A stretch of 64,000 bases of DNA from Blastocatellia bacterium (GCA_963748345.1 CAVVIS010000006.1:158908-222907), one strand, 5' to 3'; positions 11,670 through 21,872 are shown, numbered from the stretch's first letter. Program-made: numbers and translations. The notes: generated by a model from the letters alone, not told the origin.

Positions 11670-13383
11670 TTGATGGAACGCGAAACTTTGGAAATGGACG
11701 TGGTCTTCGTCGGCGCCGGTCCGGCAAACCTGAGCGGCGCGTTGCACCTGGCTCGCCTGATGAAGGCGCATAATGAAGCGGCCGGCAAGGGCGAAGGCGA
11801 GGCACTCGGCGAGATCGAAATCGGCGTGATCGAAAAAGGCGCCTACGTCGGCGCGCACATTCTTTCCGGCGCCGTGATGGACCCGAAAGCGTTGCGCGAG
11901 TTGATTCCGGATTTCGTTGAGCAGGGCGCGCCGCTCGAGTCTCCCGTCAACGAAGATTATTTCCTCTACCTCACGAAAAACCGCGCCATTCGTTCGCCAA
12001 TCACGCCGCCGCCGCTCAAGAACCACGGCTACTACATCGTCTCGCTCAACCGGCTCACCGGCTGGCTGGGCGAAAAATGTGAAGAGGCGGGCGTCAATAT
12101 TTTTCCGGAGTTTCCCGGCGCCGATATGCTTTACGACGAAAACGACGCGGTGGTTGGCGTGCGCACCGGCGACAAGGGAATCGACAAGGAAGGGAAGCGC
12201 AAAGCCGAATTTCGAACCGGGGGTTGATCTGCGAGCGAAAGTCACGGTGCTGGGCGAAGGCCCGCGCGGATCACTGACGAAGCAGTTGGTCCAACGACTT
12301 GGTCTTGACGAAGGCCGCGAGCCGCAGGTTTACAGCATCGGCGTGAAAGAGCTTTGGGAGTTGCCCGACGATCGTTACCCGGCCGGACGCGTCACGCATA
12401 CGCTCGGTTTTCCTTCCGACGCGAAGACGTACGGCGGCGGTTGGATCTACGGCATGCAGAATCGGATTCTGAATCTTGGCTACGTCACCGGACTCGATTA
12501 CAAAGACCCGTTGCTGGATCCGCATGCAGAGTTCCAGCGGTTCAAGACACACCCGTTTCTCACGGAAATTGCTCGAGGGCGGCAAGATGATTCGCTACGG
12601 CGCGAAGACGATCGCGGCAGGTGGTTACTTCGCGATGCCGCAAATCTACGCGGACGGAGTTTTGCTGGTCGGCGACTGCGCTGGATTTCTCAACTCGCAA
12701 CGTCTGAAGGGAATTCACTCGGCGATCAAAAGCGGAATGCTCGCGGCGGAGACGATCTTCGCGGCGTTATTGGCAAAAGACTATTCAGCGAAACAACTGC
12801 AACGTTACGAGCAGCTCGTCAATGAGAGTTGGATCATTCCGGAACTGCGCAAAGTGAGAAACTTCCACGCGGGTTTCAAACATGGACGCTGGCTGGGAAT
12901 CATGAATACCGGGTTTCAGTTCATCACCGGCGGCAGGTCGTGGGGCTTGTTCGATCGCGCCAAGGCCGAAGCCGGCCACGAGGAGATGAAGAAGCTTTCG
13001 GAGTTACGGCTATCGGGGCGACAACATCGAGCAGCGCTACAACGGGCTTAAGTTTGACGGCAAAGTCGCCTTCAACAAGTTGACCGACGTTTACCACGCG
13101 GCGGTTGGTCACAGCGAGGATCAGCCCAGCCATCTTCACGTGCTCGACACGAACATCTGCGCCACGCGCTGCGCGGAGGAGTATGGAAATCCCTGCCAGC
13201 GTTTTTGCCCGGCGGCGGTTTATGAAATGGTTGACGATACTGCGAACAGCGGGCAAGCGAAAGCTGCAGGTGAACTTTTCAAACTGCGTTCACTGCAAGA
13301 CCTGCGACATCATGGATCCGTACCAGATTATTAACTGGGTGACGCCTGAGGGTGGCGGCGGGCCGGATTACAAAGGCATGTGA
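11670..13383 (+). CDS. Electron-transfer flavoprotein:ubiquinone oxidoreductase (ETF-QO); at least four frame interruptions
   Basis: Pieces 11670.., 11917.., 12476.., 13080.. and 13105.. join into one protein. It has the FAD fold [15 protein letters not shown], then GGGWIYGM, then the C-terminal 4Fe-4S region [25 protein letters not shown]...[30 protein letters not shown]. Confidence 0.85.
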
Positions 13384-13407
13384 GGTGTATGCGTCAGCGG
13401 AGCCCGG

Positions 13408-13478
13408 CAGAAGCCCGACCGTTAGGGAGGGAGGGCTCTGGATAAGGTCTAGAGCCCTCCCTAACGGTCGGGCTTCTG
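13408..13478. repeat. Long palindrome between convergent ETF-QO and rpoZ genes (possible bidirectional terminator)
   Basis: CAGAAGCCCGACCGTTAGGGAGGGAGGGCTCT ... AGAGCCCTCCCTAACGGTCGGGCTTCTG gives a stem of about 28 bp. There is no U-tract. Confidence 0.7.
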
Positions 13479-13499
13479 CATTGCGCTTCCAGCTGGAGC

Positions 13500-13727
13500 C
13501 TATTCTTCTTCTTCGGTAACGCTGAAATTGACGCGGCCGCGCATCACTTCTTCCAGGGCGATACGCGTGTTTTTATGTTTTAGCGCGTCGATATCGATGC
13601 GCGGGCGCGCGCCACGCTGAAGTTGCTTACTTCTCTTGGCCGCCAGAATGATCAGACGATACTTCGAATCGATCTCCTGGGCCGGTAGCTCTGCCGAAAT
13701 TTCTTCAGTCTCTTCTTGTAATGACAT
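13500..13727 (-). CDS. rpoZ: DNA-directed RNA polymerase subunit omega
   Basis: IDSKYRLIILAAKRSKQLQRGARP motif. The start is chosen at MSLQEE because AGGAAGAAGGA lies just upstream. The gene sits in the conserved yicC-gmk-rpoZ order. Confidence 0.8.
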   Translation of the reverse strand: MSLQEETEEISAELPAQEIDSKYRLIILAAKRSKQLQRGARPRIDIDALKHKNTRIALEEVMRGRVNFSVTEEEE

Positions 13728-13800
13728 TTTAAATCCTTCTTCCTTCGTATTAACTTTCAAATTAGAACTGTTCCTGTGGTTCCCGCTTAGCTCATAGCGG

Positions 13801-13908
13801 CCGTTTAGACGGCGGACTTGTCCGCCGCGGACGTTGGCACAAGTGCCAACTCTAAACTCCGCGCGCGCTGTCCTCTTGAGACGGCGGGCAATGCCCGCCT
13901 CTAAACGG
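13801..13908. repeat. Family C element, copy C1 (diverged left arm)
   Basis: CCGTTTAGACGGCGGACTTGTCCGCCG ... GACGGCGGGCAATGCCCGCCTCTAAACGG. Confidence 0.7.
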
Positions 13909-14599
13909 TCAGGACTCGAGTCGTTCGCTTCCAGTAAACGCTTCCACCACCCGTTTCACTCGCTCGCCCTGCCGACTCAACCGCGCTCGTTCGGCGTGCA
14001 CTATCGCCGTCATCTGATTGGCGGCGCGATCCAGGTCATCGTTGACGATCACATACTGAAAAGCGGAATAGTCTTTCATCTCGTCCGGCGCATTCCGCAA
14101 GCGCAAATGCAGATCATCCGCCGAATCCGTTCCGCGTGACTGCAACCGTTGTCTCAAAATCTCAAACGACGGCGGCAAAATAAAAATGCTCACCGAATCG
14201 GGCATCAGTGCGCGCACGCTGGCAGCGCCCTGCACGTCAACCTCAAGAATAATGTCGCGGCCTTCCGAAATTTCGCGGGAAACCTGGGCGCGGGTTGTGC
14301 CGTAGAGTTTGCCGTGCACCTCGGCCCATTCAAGAAACTCGCCGGCGCCTACCATCTCCTCGAAATTTTTCTGTCGTGGCGAAGAAATATTCGCGCCCAT
14401 CGACTTCGCCGGTGCGCGGCGCGCGCGTGGTGAAGGAAACAGAATAGCCAAGGTCCGACACCTGATTCAACACGCGCTGGACCAGCGTGCCTTTGCCGCC
14501 GCCTGACGGCGAGCTGACGACGAAGAGAATGCCGCAGCTTTCGCTCGTCTCGCCGGCGCGTGTGGTTTGGACTTGCGACTCGTCTAATTCACTCAACAT
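13909..14599 (-). CDS. gmk: Guanylate kinase; one frame interruption
   Basis: P-loop SSPSGGGKGTL and TTRAPRTGEVDGREYFF lie in piece 14330..14599. EFLEWAEVHGKLYGT...DIILEVDVQGA lies in piece 13909..14451. Confidence 0.85.
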
Positions 14600-15467
14600 T
14601 CTGTACCTGTTCGCGCAGTTTCTCTACTTCAGCCTTGATCGCGAGCGCAGCTTCCTTGATAGATAAATCAGTAGATTTCGACAAGGTCGTGTTGGCTTCG
14701 CGGTTGAGTTCCTGCAGCAGGAAATCCAGCATCTTGCCGATCTCGGCGTTTGAATTGAGCGCGTCGCGAAACTGCGCGAGGTGACTTCGCAGTCGGACCA
14801 TCTCTTCGCTCACGTCGCTGCGATCTGAAAGATAGGCAACTTCCTGGGCCAGTCGCGCCGGATCGATTTCAACGACCTGGCCATTGCGATCCAGCAATTC
14901 GCCGATTCGTTTTTGCAGACGCGCGCGATAGGCATCAACCAGTCCGGCCGCTGCATTTTCAATCGCGGGAACCAGCGTTTCGATCCTTTCGATCCGCTCA
15001 GCCATTTCCTGGCGCAGCGTCTCGCCTTCCTGCGCCCGCATGCGTTCGAGTTCTCCGAGCGCTTCAGCCGTGGCCTTTTCAATGCCGGCGACGACTTCGT
15101 CGCTCAGCCCATCGCGCGCCGGTTGCAGCGCGCCGGGCAAACGCGCGAGGACGTTGATGTCCAGCTCACCGCCGATGCTGAATTCCTTTTGCATTTCGCG
15201 CAGCGCATTTACGTAGCCGGCAATCAGCGGCCGGTTCAACTCGTAAGCCGTTTGCGCCGTCTTCTCGAAATTGATATTCACATCGACGCGGCCGCGCGCG
15301 AGCCGCGAACTGATTTGGCGCTTGATGACTGGCTCGAGCGACGACAACTCGCCGCCGAGGCGCAGATGAACGTCGAGAAAGCGATTGTTGACAGTCTTCA
15401 GATCGACTGAGACGACGAAGTGCTCGCCATCCGCCGATCCGCGTCCGTATCCGGTCATTGATTTCAT
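14589..15467 (-). CDS. yicC: YicC/YloC family stress-induced protein (endoribonuclease family)
   Basis: Intact 292-aa ORF beginning MKSMTGYGRG and ending ...LDFLLQELNREANTTLSKS...EVEKLREQVQNVE, which is typical of the family. Confidence 0.85.
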   Translation of the reverse strand: MKSMTGYGRGSADGEHFVVSVDLKTVNNRFLDVHLRLGGELSSLEPVIKRQISSRLARGRVDVNINFEKTAQTAYELNRPLIAGYVNALREMQKEFSIGGELDINVLARLPGALQPARDGLSDEVVAGIEKATAEALGELERMRAQEGETLRQEMAERIERIETLVPAIENAAAGLVDAYRARLQKRIGELLDRNGQVVEIDPARLAQEVAYLSDRSDVSEEMVRLRSHLAQFRDALNSNAEIGKMLDFLLQELNREANTTLSKSTDLSIKEAALAIKAEVEKLREQVQNVE

Positions 15468-15480
15468 AAGTTAAACCTGA

Positions 15481-15755
15481 AGAACGTTTGTGCTTGAACT
15501 TGGTGCTTTGAGCTTTGTGCTTGAAATCGGTCTTGGGGTCTTTGGACTTCGGTCTTTGGACTTTGTCTTGAGATTTGAAATTTCAGATTCCAGATCTCAG
15601 ATTCCAGATCTCAGAACCGAAGCAACGCCCAAAGACCAAAGACCAAGACCAAAGACCAAGACCAAAGTACAAAGTTCAAAGTTCAAAGTTCAAAGTTCAA
15701 AACACAAAGAACAAGAACTAAGTACAAAGATCAAAATACAAAGAACTAAGCTCAA
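15481..15755. repeat. Approximately 275-bp multilayer (nested) palindrome built from short tandem words
   Basis: The outer layer is GTGCTTGAA/TTCAAAGT-type words. The middle layer is GGTCTTTGG/CCAAAGACC tandem words. The centre is GATTTGAAATTTCAGATTCCAGATCTCAGATTCCAGATCTCAG. The element includes CAAAGTT x4. Confidence 0.8.
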
Positions 15756-17558
15756 ATTACTAAAGTAGTTTCCTCTTCATCCGCAAACTGCAACTCATAC
15801 AGTCGCCGGTATTGTCCGCCCTTGGCCAGCAGTTCCGCGTGGGTGCCCATTTCAATAATTCGGCCGCTTGCCATCACGACGATGGTGTTGGCGCGGCGAA
15901 TGGTTGAGAGGCGATGGGCGATGACGATCGTCGTGCGGTTGCGCACGAGGTTGCCGATCGCTTGTTGCACGAACCGCTCCGACTCCGCGTCGAGCGCCGA
16001 AGTCGCTTCGTCCAAAATCAACACTGGCGCGTCGACCAAAAGCGAACGCGCGATCGCCAGCCGCTGGCGCTGACCTCCCGACAGGAAAATCCCTCGTTCG
16101 CCGACGAGTCGTTTCATAGCCGTTCGGCAGCTCCATGATGAAATCGTGCGCGAACGCGACGCGCGCGGCCTCTTCGATTTCCGCCTGCGTCGCTTCCGGT
16201 TTTCCGTAGGCGATGTTATGCCGCACCGTGTCGTTAAAGAGAACTGTCTCCTGCGTGACGAGCGCGATCTGCCCACGCAGGCTCGATATCGTCGCGTCTC
16301 GCAAGTCAACGCCGTCCCAGAAAACTCCCCCAGAAACCGGATCGTGAAAACGCGGCAACAGTTTCGTCAGCGTCGACTTTCCGCCGCCTGATTCGCCCAC
16401 GAGGGCGACCATCGCTCCGGCAGGAATTTGCAAACTCACGTCGCGCAGCACCGAACGCTCTTCGTTCGCATAACCAAATGAAACGTTCTTCAACTCGATC
16501 GCCTGGGCCAGCGGTTGCAGGTCGCGCGCGTCTTTCTTTTCCGGCAGCTCTGCATGCTCATCCATTATTTCCCAAACGTGGTGAGCAGCCGCCAGCGCCT
16601 GCTCCATGCTGTTGTGCAGTCGCGAAAGTTTTCGCATCGGATCGTAACTGCTGAAAGAGAACGAACAAAAAGGTCAGAAACTGTGCGGCGTTCATCCGCC
16701 CGGAGAGAATTTCGCGCTGGCCAAAGAAGAGCAGGAAAACTACGAAGACGACGCCAATCATTTCGATGGTTGGCGGAGCAAACCCGGAGATTCGAGCGGT
16801 GCGTAGATTCGCGCCGCACGATCCGTTGGGCCACCGCCGTGAAGCGGGCCGATTCGCGCTTCTCTCCGCGATAGGCCTTAACGATAGTTTGATTTGAAAG
16901 AGCTTCCTGGGCGGTGTCGGTAAGTTCCTTGTTGCCTTCAAAACTCTCGCGCGAAAGGTTGCGCATGCTTCGTGCCAAAGCGCGCCGTGAGGATGGCGAC
17001 GATTGGTGTGATCGCGAGCGAGCCGAGCGTCATCCGCCAACTGTAATAGAAAGACGCGCCGATAAACGCAATCAGCGTAAAACTCTCACGCAGCATGTCG
17101 CGCAACGTGCTGGTGACCGCCGTTTCGATCGCGGCGGCGCTGGTGACCAGGCGCGAGACCAAATAGTTAGTGCGGTGTCGTTCAAAAAAACTGGCCGACT
17201 GATTGAGCAGATGACTGTAAAGATCCTGCCGCAGTTTCAGTACAGAAGCCTGGCCGATGCGGGCCATCAGGAAAGTGGAAAAATATTCGGCGACGCCTTT
17301 GGCGAGCGTGAAGCCGAGCAGCAGCAGCGAGATTGTTTTCCATGCTTCCAAACCGGAGTCAGGAATAATTCGTTGCAGGCCAAAAAGAGTCTGCGTGCGC
17401 TGGCCGCCAACCGGCGTTAGAGCTTGATCGAAAATTGGTACGACGAGCGACCGGATCGCGATTTCCAGCAGGCCGACGAGAATCATTGAAAATGTTGCCA
17501 GCGCGAAGATTTGCCAGTGAGGCTTTATGTATCTGAGGAGTCTTTTAAGATCGCGCAT
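15752..17558 (-). CDS. ABC transporter, fused permease/ATPase of the MsbA/lipid-export type; at least three frame interruptions
   Basis: The start is at [18 protein letters not shown]. The TM domain lies in 16938..17558. Walker A is GESGGGKST, the signature is LSGGQRQR and Walker B is [12 protein letters not shown], all in pieces 15852..16637 and 15752..16309. Confidence 0.8.
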
Positions 17559-17803
17559 CGGCAGTTCTGAAAATACTAGCGAATGATCAAACGAATCCAG
17601 TCGTGATTCTTTCGCGCAGGCTCCTGATCGGCTGGTGGAAGGGTAAGAAAACGGCCCTAAAACTAAAGGAGAACTATACGTATCGGCCCGCGACTGCGTC
17701 AAGGCGGAGGCACTTGGCTGTTGGTGGCGGTTAATTTGATTCGAGTAGAGTTACCCGTCGGTGATAGACTTGAGGCTGAACCACCTGAAGGATGTAGACA
17801 AAT

Positions 17804-18022
17804 ATGAGTACAGAAACAAGCGACATTCTTGACCGAGTAATGGAGCTTCCGGCTGAGGAAAAAGCTCGTCTGGTCGACCAGCTTCTTTCCAGTCTTGACC
17901 AACCCGACGAATCCATCGACTCACTTTGGCGGAAGGAAGTCGAAGAGCGCATCCAGGCTTACCAAGCCGGGAAGTTGCAATCCGTTTCACTGGCGGAAGT
18001 CCTGGCAAAATATCGCAAGTAG
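17804..18022 (+). CDS. Putative addiction-module antitoxin component (TIGR02574-like)
   Basis: 72 aa reading ...MELPAEEKARLVDQLLSSLD...WRKEVEERIQAYQAGK..SLAEV. Its stop abuts the ATG of the toxin gene. Confidence 0.7.
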   Translation: MSTETSDILDRVMELPAEEKARLVDQLLSSLDQPDESIDSLWRKEVEERIQAYQAGKLQSVSLAEVLAKYRK

Positions 18023-18328
18023 ATGGAAATCCGGTTTCTCGATGTTGCCCAGCAGGAACTCGATGAGACGGTCGAGCATTACAACGTCGAGTCAGCGGGT
18101 TTAGGTGATCAATTTCTGTTAGAAGTGCTCAGCAGCCTGGAACGAATCCGACAGTTCCCTCTGGCGTGGCATCCATTTACAGGTAACAGTCGCAGATGCC
18201 AAACGCGCCGCTTTCCTTACGGAATAGCTTATCAAATCCTCGAATCCGAAATATTGATCGTCGCCGTGGTTAACTTGCACCGCAAGCCTGGTTATTGGGT
18301 GGAGCGGATCAGCAAGCGATCCAAATAG
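18023..18328 (+). CDS. Type II toxin, RelE/ParE superfamily
   Basis: 101 aa reading MEIRFLDVAQQELDETVEHY...FPLAWHPFTGNSRRCQTRRFPYGIAYQI..EILIVAVVNLHRKPGYW. The size, pairing and motifs fit ParE/RelE. Confidence 0.7.
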   Translation: MEIRFLDVAQQELDETVEHYNVESAGLGDQFLLEVLSSLERIRQFPLAWHPFTGNSRRCQTRRFPYGIAYQILESEILIVAVVNLHRKPGYWVERISKRSK

Positions 18329-18453
18329 CCCCTTGAGTAAAGCTCAGGTACCGTGCTTTGCAGGTTCGGCGAGCTTTTCTTAGACCACTTGCGCGAAACT
18401 AAGCTATACTCTTTCACGATCTTCTCCATTCAACCTTCGGGACCAAAAATAAC

Positions 18454-19182
18454 TTGGGACAGCCACCGCAAGTAGCCAGCAAGTACGCCGGAAAACGGCT
18501 CTTAATCGTTGACGATGATGCCGACATGCGTCTGTTGCTGGCTGAGTATTTTCGCCGGCTCGGATTTCAGGTCGAGGAGCGCGAAGGCGGCGTGGAAGCT
18601 CTGGAACCCGCAACCACCGGCCGCTTTGACTGTTTCATCTTCGACGTTTCCATGCCCGGGATGAGTGGCTTTGACCTGCTCAAACGCGTGCGCGAGCGTG
18701 GCGTCCAGACGCCGGCGCTCTTCCTGACGGCGCACGATGCGCTCGATTACAAGGTCGCCGGATACGAAGCCGGCGCCGACGACTACCTGGCTAAACCGTT
18801 CAGCCCGCGTGAGCTGGAGTTTCGTATTGAGGCATTGCTACGACGCACCAGCTCGATTCAACCGGAGACTGACAACGAGCGAATGCAGGTGGGCGACCTG
18901 GTGATCGACAAGCGGCGTCACGAAGTGATCAGGCAGGGAGCGCGCATCGATCTCACGCCGCTTGAGTTTCAGATTCTGGAGTTGCTGGCGTCTGAACCCG
19001 GCCGCGCGTGGTCGCGCAACGATTTGCTGGACCGCGTCTGGAGCACGGAATATGAAGGTTACCAACGCAACATCGACCCGCACATCAACCGGCTGCGAAA
19101 GAAACTGGAAACAGATCCCAAGAACCCTCGTTACGTGCTGACGGTCCGCGGCGTCGGTTACAAATTGAACGAAGCGCCGTAA
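18454..19182 (+). CDS. OmpR/PhoB-family response regulator (receiver plus winged-helix)
   Basis: Receiver domain: RLLIVDDDADM...FDVSMPGMSGFDL...LTAHD...KPF. Winged helix: LTPLEFQILELLA...YIRRL-like ...VRGVGYKL. Confidence 0.85.
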   Translation: MGQPPQVASKYAGKRLLIVDDDADMRLLLAEYFRRLGFQVEEREGGVEALEPATTGRFDCFIFDVSMPGMSGFDLLKRVRERGVQTPALFLTAHDALDYKVAGYEAGADDYLAKPFSPRELEFRIEALLRRTSSIQPETDNERMQVGDLVIDKRRHEVIRQGARIDLTPLEFQILELLASEPGRAWSRNDLLDRVWSTEYEGYQRNIDPHINRLRKKLETDPKNPRYVLTVRGVGYKLNEAP

Positions 19183-19470
19183 AGAGCGGGGGCAAGCCCG
19201 CCTTCCTGACCTGCGAATTAGGTAGTGACCTAATTTCAATTCTCTGCGTTGACTCGGCGCGCTCTGCGTCTCTGCGGTGAGTAGGTTTGCAGGTGATATT
19301 AACCGCCGAGGCGCAGAGATCGCTGAGACTACGCAGAGAAGACTTCAAATTAGGGCACTATCGCGAATTAATCTACTTGAGTGTTTGATGTTACGTTGAA
19401 CGCCTTCCAGTCGGATTTATGAACTCAAGATCGATAAGCTCGTGGTTGGGAAGGTGGGCTTGCCCCCGCT
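19183..19470. repeat. Family A element, copy A3, enlarged by a nested family D element
   Basis: AGAGCGGGGGCAAGCCCGCCTTCCTGACC at 19183 pairs with GGTTGGGAAGGTGGGCTTGCCCCCGCT ending at 19470. Element D2 occupies 19232..19350 inside it. Confidence 0.8.
19232..19350. repeat. Family D element, copy D2 (inside A3)
   Basis: AATTTCAATTCTCTGCGTT..GCTCTGCGTCTCTGCGGTGAG ... AACCGCCGAGGCGCAGAGATCGCTGAGACTACGCAGAGAAGACTTCAAATT. Confidence 0.85.
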
Positions 19471-19904
19471 GCTTCGTTGACCTCGATGGACCAGTCGTTC
19501 AAGCAAATCTTGTCTCAGTCTTTGCCGCGCTTCTGCTAGTAAGCTCTTTCCCTCTATCAGCAAATGCTCAGCAAGAGTCCGGGCGACAGATTTCTTTCCC
19601 CGTCGCAATTCAATGGAACAAGCAGAAAGGCGTTTCGAGTTACCGTCTGCAGATTGCCAGCGACGAAAACTTTCGCGACATCTTCCTTGACCGGCGCCTC
19701 AACGGCGCGCGCTACGTCGCGCAGGATCTCCCGCCGGGTTACTACTACTGGCGCGTGACCCCTGCCGATTTCGGCCGGGCCAATTTCACTCGTCCGGTAC
19801 GGTTCTTTGTTTCCGGCGGCGTAATCCGAGCGGTGAAGGTTCCGGCTCGCGTGACTGGCTCACGTTTATTGTCGGCGAATATTGCCGGCGAATTCGCCAA
19901 CTAG
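19419..19904 (+). CDS. Hypothetical exported protein; start uncertain because the 5' end overlaps repeat A3
   Basis: ORF with the hydrophobic leader VSVFAALLLVSSFPLSANAQQ. No family recognised. Confidence 0.4.
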   Translation: MNSRSISSWLGRWACPRCFVDLDGPVVQANLVSVFAALLLVSSFPLSANAQQESGRQISFPVAIQWNKQKGVSSYRLQIASDENFRDIFLDRRLNGARYVAQDLPPGYYYWRVTPADFGRANFTRPVRFFVSGGVIRAVKVPARVTGSRLLSANIAGEFAN

Positions 19905-19921
19905 TTCGAAAGGTTTTGAGA

Positions 19922-20083
19922 ATGTGGGTTGCTAGCGCGGCGTTCTTCCTTGTTTGGTGTATTCTGAAGTTTTTTCTGCACAAAGGCGGTTACGTGCACA
20001 TTTTGCTCCTCACTGCGATCTCGATTGCCGTTATCCAGTTCATGGCAAACCGCAAGACCCGGTACCACGCGTCCGGGCGCTAG
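19922..20083 (+). CDS. Small (53 aa) two-helix membrane protein resembling the lmo0937-type family
   Basis: Manual translation, below the ORF-track cutoff: MWVASAAFFLVWCILKFFLHKGGYVHILLLTAISIAVIQFMANRKTRYHASGR. It has two hydrophobic helices around a GG..HILL core. Confidence 0.45.
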   Translation: MWVASAAFFLVWCILKFFLHKGGYVHILLLTAISIAVIQFMANRKTRYHASGR

Positions 20084-20197
20084 CTTGACCCTTTTCCCGC
20101 CTGTCGGCAACAATGAACGCCGACGCTGCATCAACTACAGCAGGCCCTTTTAGCGGCCAGATAGCAGCTTTAACCATCTTCGAAGGAGTTGTTTGTT

Positions 20198-21782
20198 ATG
20201 CGTTCTCGTCCTTTTTCAGTGCGATTCGCTCTCGTAGCGGTTTTGAGTGGTGTTTTAGGGATCAGCGCGACGACCGCAACAATCTACGCCCAGAACGATG
20301 TGCCGCGACGCACGATCGCCGTCACTTATCCGCTCGACGACACGATTACAGTCAAGTTTCGCGGCACCACCCTGCTGCCGCGCTTGAAAGGCGAAGCGAA
20401 AGTGAAGCGCGCCGGCCGCCGGGGAACGCGCGTCGAACTTGCGATCGACAACCTGCCGCGCGCGAACGAACTTGGCGGGATTTACACGACGTTCATCCTG
20501 TGGGCCGTCTCGCCGGATGGCCGCGTTGACAATCTCGGCGAAATCAAGCGAGGCGGCAGCGCCTTCATCGCTTCGAAGCTTGACGTCACCACTCCGCTGC
20601 AAACGTTTGCACTGATCATCACCGCCGAACCGCATTTCCTGATGAAGGTGCCGAGCCGCATGGTCGTGCTGGAGAACCTCGCGCCGCAACGCCCCGGCAA
20701 GAGTCAGATCGAAACCGTGAACGTGCAGTACATCGGCAACTCGAGCGACTACTTTAGAGATCCGCGCGTGCCCGAAATTGCTTCGACGGATTACAAGGAG
20801 CTTCCCGTCTCGCTGCTGGGCGCGCGTCAGGCAGTAAACCTGGCCCGCTTCGCCGGTGGCAAACAGGATGCGCCGCAGGAACTGCAACAGGCGGAAGACG
20901 ATCTGCTGGCCGCCGAAAAGGCTTTGCGTTTTGACCAACCAACCGCTGAGGTTGATGTGTTGGCGCGAAAGGCGACGTCTTCGGGTTCGCGTGCTGAAGA
21001 GATCGCCCTGGCCCGTCGCGCCGCGCGTTTGCGTCGCGAAGACATTCAGCGCCGTGACGAGGCCCTGCGTGCCGCAGAGAAGACAGCAGATTCTGCGCAA
21101 CAGGAAATTTCGCAGCTTCGCAGACAATTGGACCAGGAGCAGCGCGCGCGCGAATTGGCCGAGCGGGATGCGGAAACTGCGAACCAACAGTTGCGCGAGC
21201 AACGCAGCGAGGTCGCTCGTTTGCGCGATGAACTGCAGACAGTCCGTTCTGAAGGCGAAGCGGCGAAGATTGGTCTGGCCCGCATAGAAGGCGCGAAGCG
21301 CGCTGAAGAGGAACGCCAGGAGGCCGAGGCGCGCGATCAACGCCTACGCGCGGCTGAAACAACTTTGAAGCAGACGCTGGCGAAGTATGGAACGGTCAAG
21401 CAGACTTCCGAGCGGTTTCCAACTTCTGTTGCCGGAGTCAATCTGGAAAACTCCGCGCGGAGCAACTTTGGCTGCGGCGGCGGCGGCAAGACTCGAGCCG
21501 CTGGCGGCGTTGCTGGCCAGCAATCCTGATTACCAGGTTGTGATTGAGGCCTACACGGACAACAAAGGTGACGAGGTTGAGCTGCAGCAGTTGACGCAGG
21601 CCCGCGCGCGCAATTTGTCGGATCGTTTTCAGGCGGCGGGCGTCGAAGCTTCGCGTCTGCAGGCCAACGGCATGGGCGCCGCGAATCCGCTGGCCGCGAA
21701 CACGACTGTGAACGGTCGGGCCCGCAATCGCCGCACCGAGATCACGCTGACCGTGATTCCGGTGTCGACGAGCAGTCGGTGA
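20198..21782 (+). CDS. OmpA-family protein with long coiled-coil region; one frame interruption near 21390-21530
   Basis: GAAGGAG lies upstream of the ATG at 20198. The signal peptide is MRSRPFSVRFALVAVLSGVLG. The central part is Ala/Glu/Arg-rich coiled coil. The C-terminal OmpA-like domain reads YQVVIEAYTDNKGDEVELQQLTQARARNLSDRF...NGRARNRRTEITL. Confidence 0.7.
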
Positions 21783-21783
21783 A

Positions 21784-21863
21784 CAGTGGCCAGTGATCAG
21801 TGTCCAGTGGTCAGTATTGGTCCGGCTTTTTACTGACCACTGATCACCGGCCACTGATCACTG
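21784..21863. repeat. CAGTGATCAGTGGCCAG-word palindrome (same word family as 2710..2799)
   Basis: CAGTGGCCAGTGATCAGTGTCCAGTGGTCAGTA ... TACTGACCACTGATCACCGGCCACTGATCACTG, between the OmpA-like gene and the kinase gene. Confidence 0.8.
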
Positions 21864-21872
21864 CCCTGAGAA

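Noticed and set aside
11553-12245. 230-aa minus-strand ORF overlapping the 5' part of ETF-QO
   Set aside because: It is antisense to a clearly conserved gene and its Arg/Ala-rich sequence is not protein-like. This is the typical shadow ORF of high-GC DNA, and its 3' end is repeat B1.
13833-13850. TTGGCACAAGTGCCAA, which contains TGGCAC
   Set aside because: It is a perfect palindrome inside repeat C1. It has no GC at the -12 position and no downstream gene in the right orientation.
15481-15755. Possible CRISPR array, given the many short direct repeats here and at 39295..39612
   Set aside because: The repeated words are tandem and mirrored, with no unique spacers of constant length. No cas genes or leader are present. 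The structure is palindromic rather than repeat-spacer.
20255-21340. 361-aa minus-strand ORF across the OmpA-like gene, plus the many other long antisense ORFs (25692..26594, 27515..28330, 31979..32839, 33203..34042, 38400..39101, 49638..50324, 51640..52590, 22767..23585)
   Set aside because: All lie opposite genes with strong family signatures. They have Arg/His/Gln-rich low-complexity translations and no recognisable motifs, so they are treated as GC-driven shadow ORFs.
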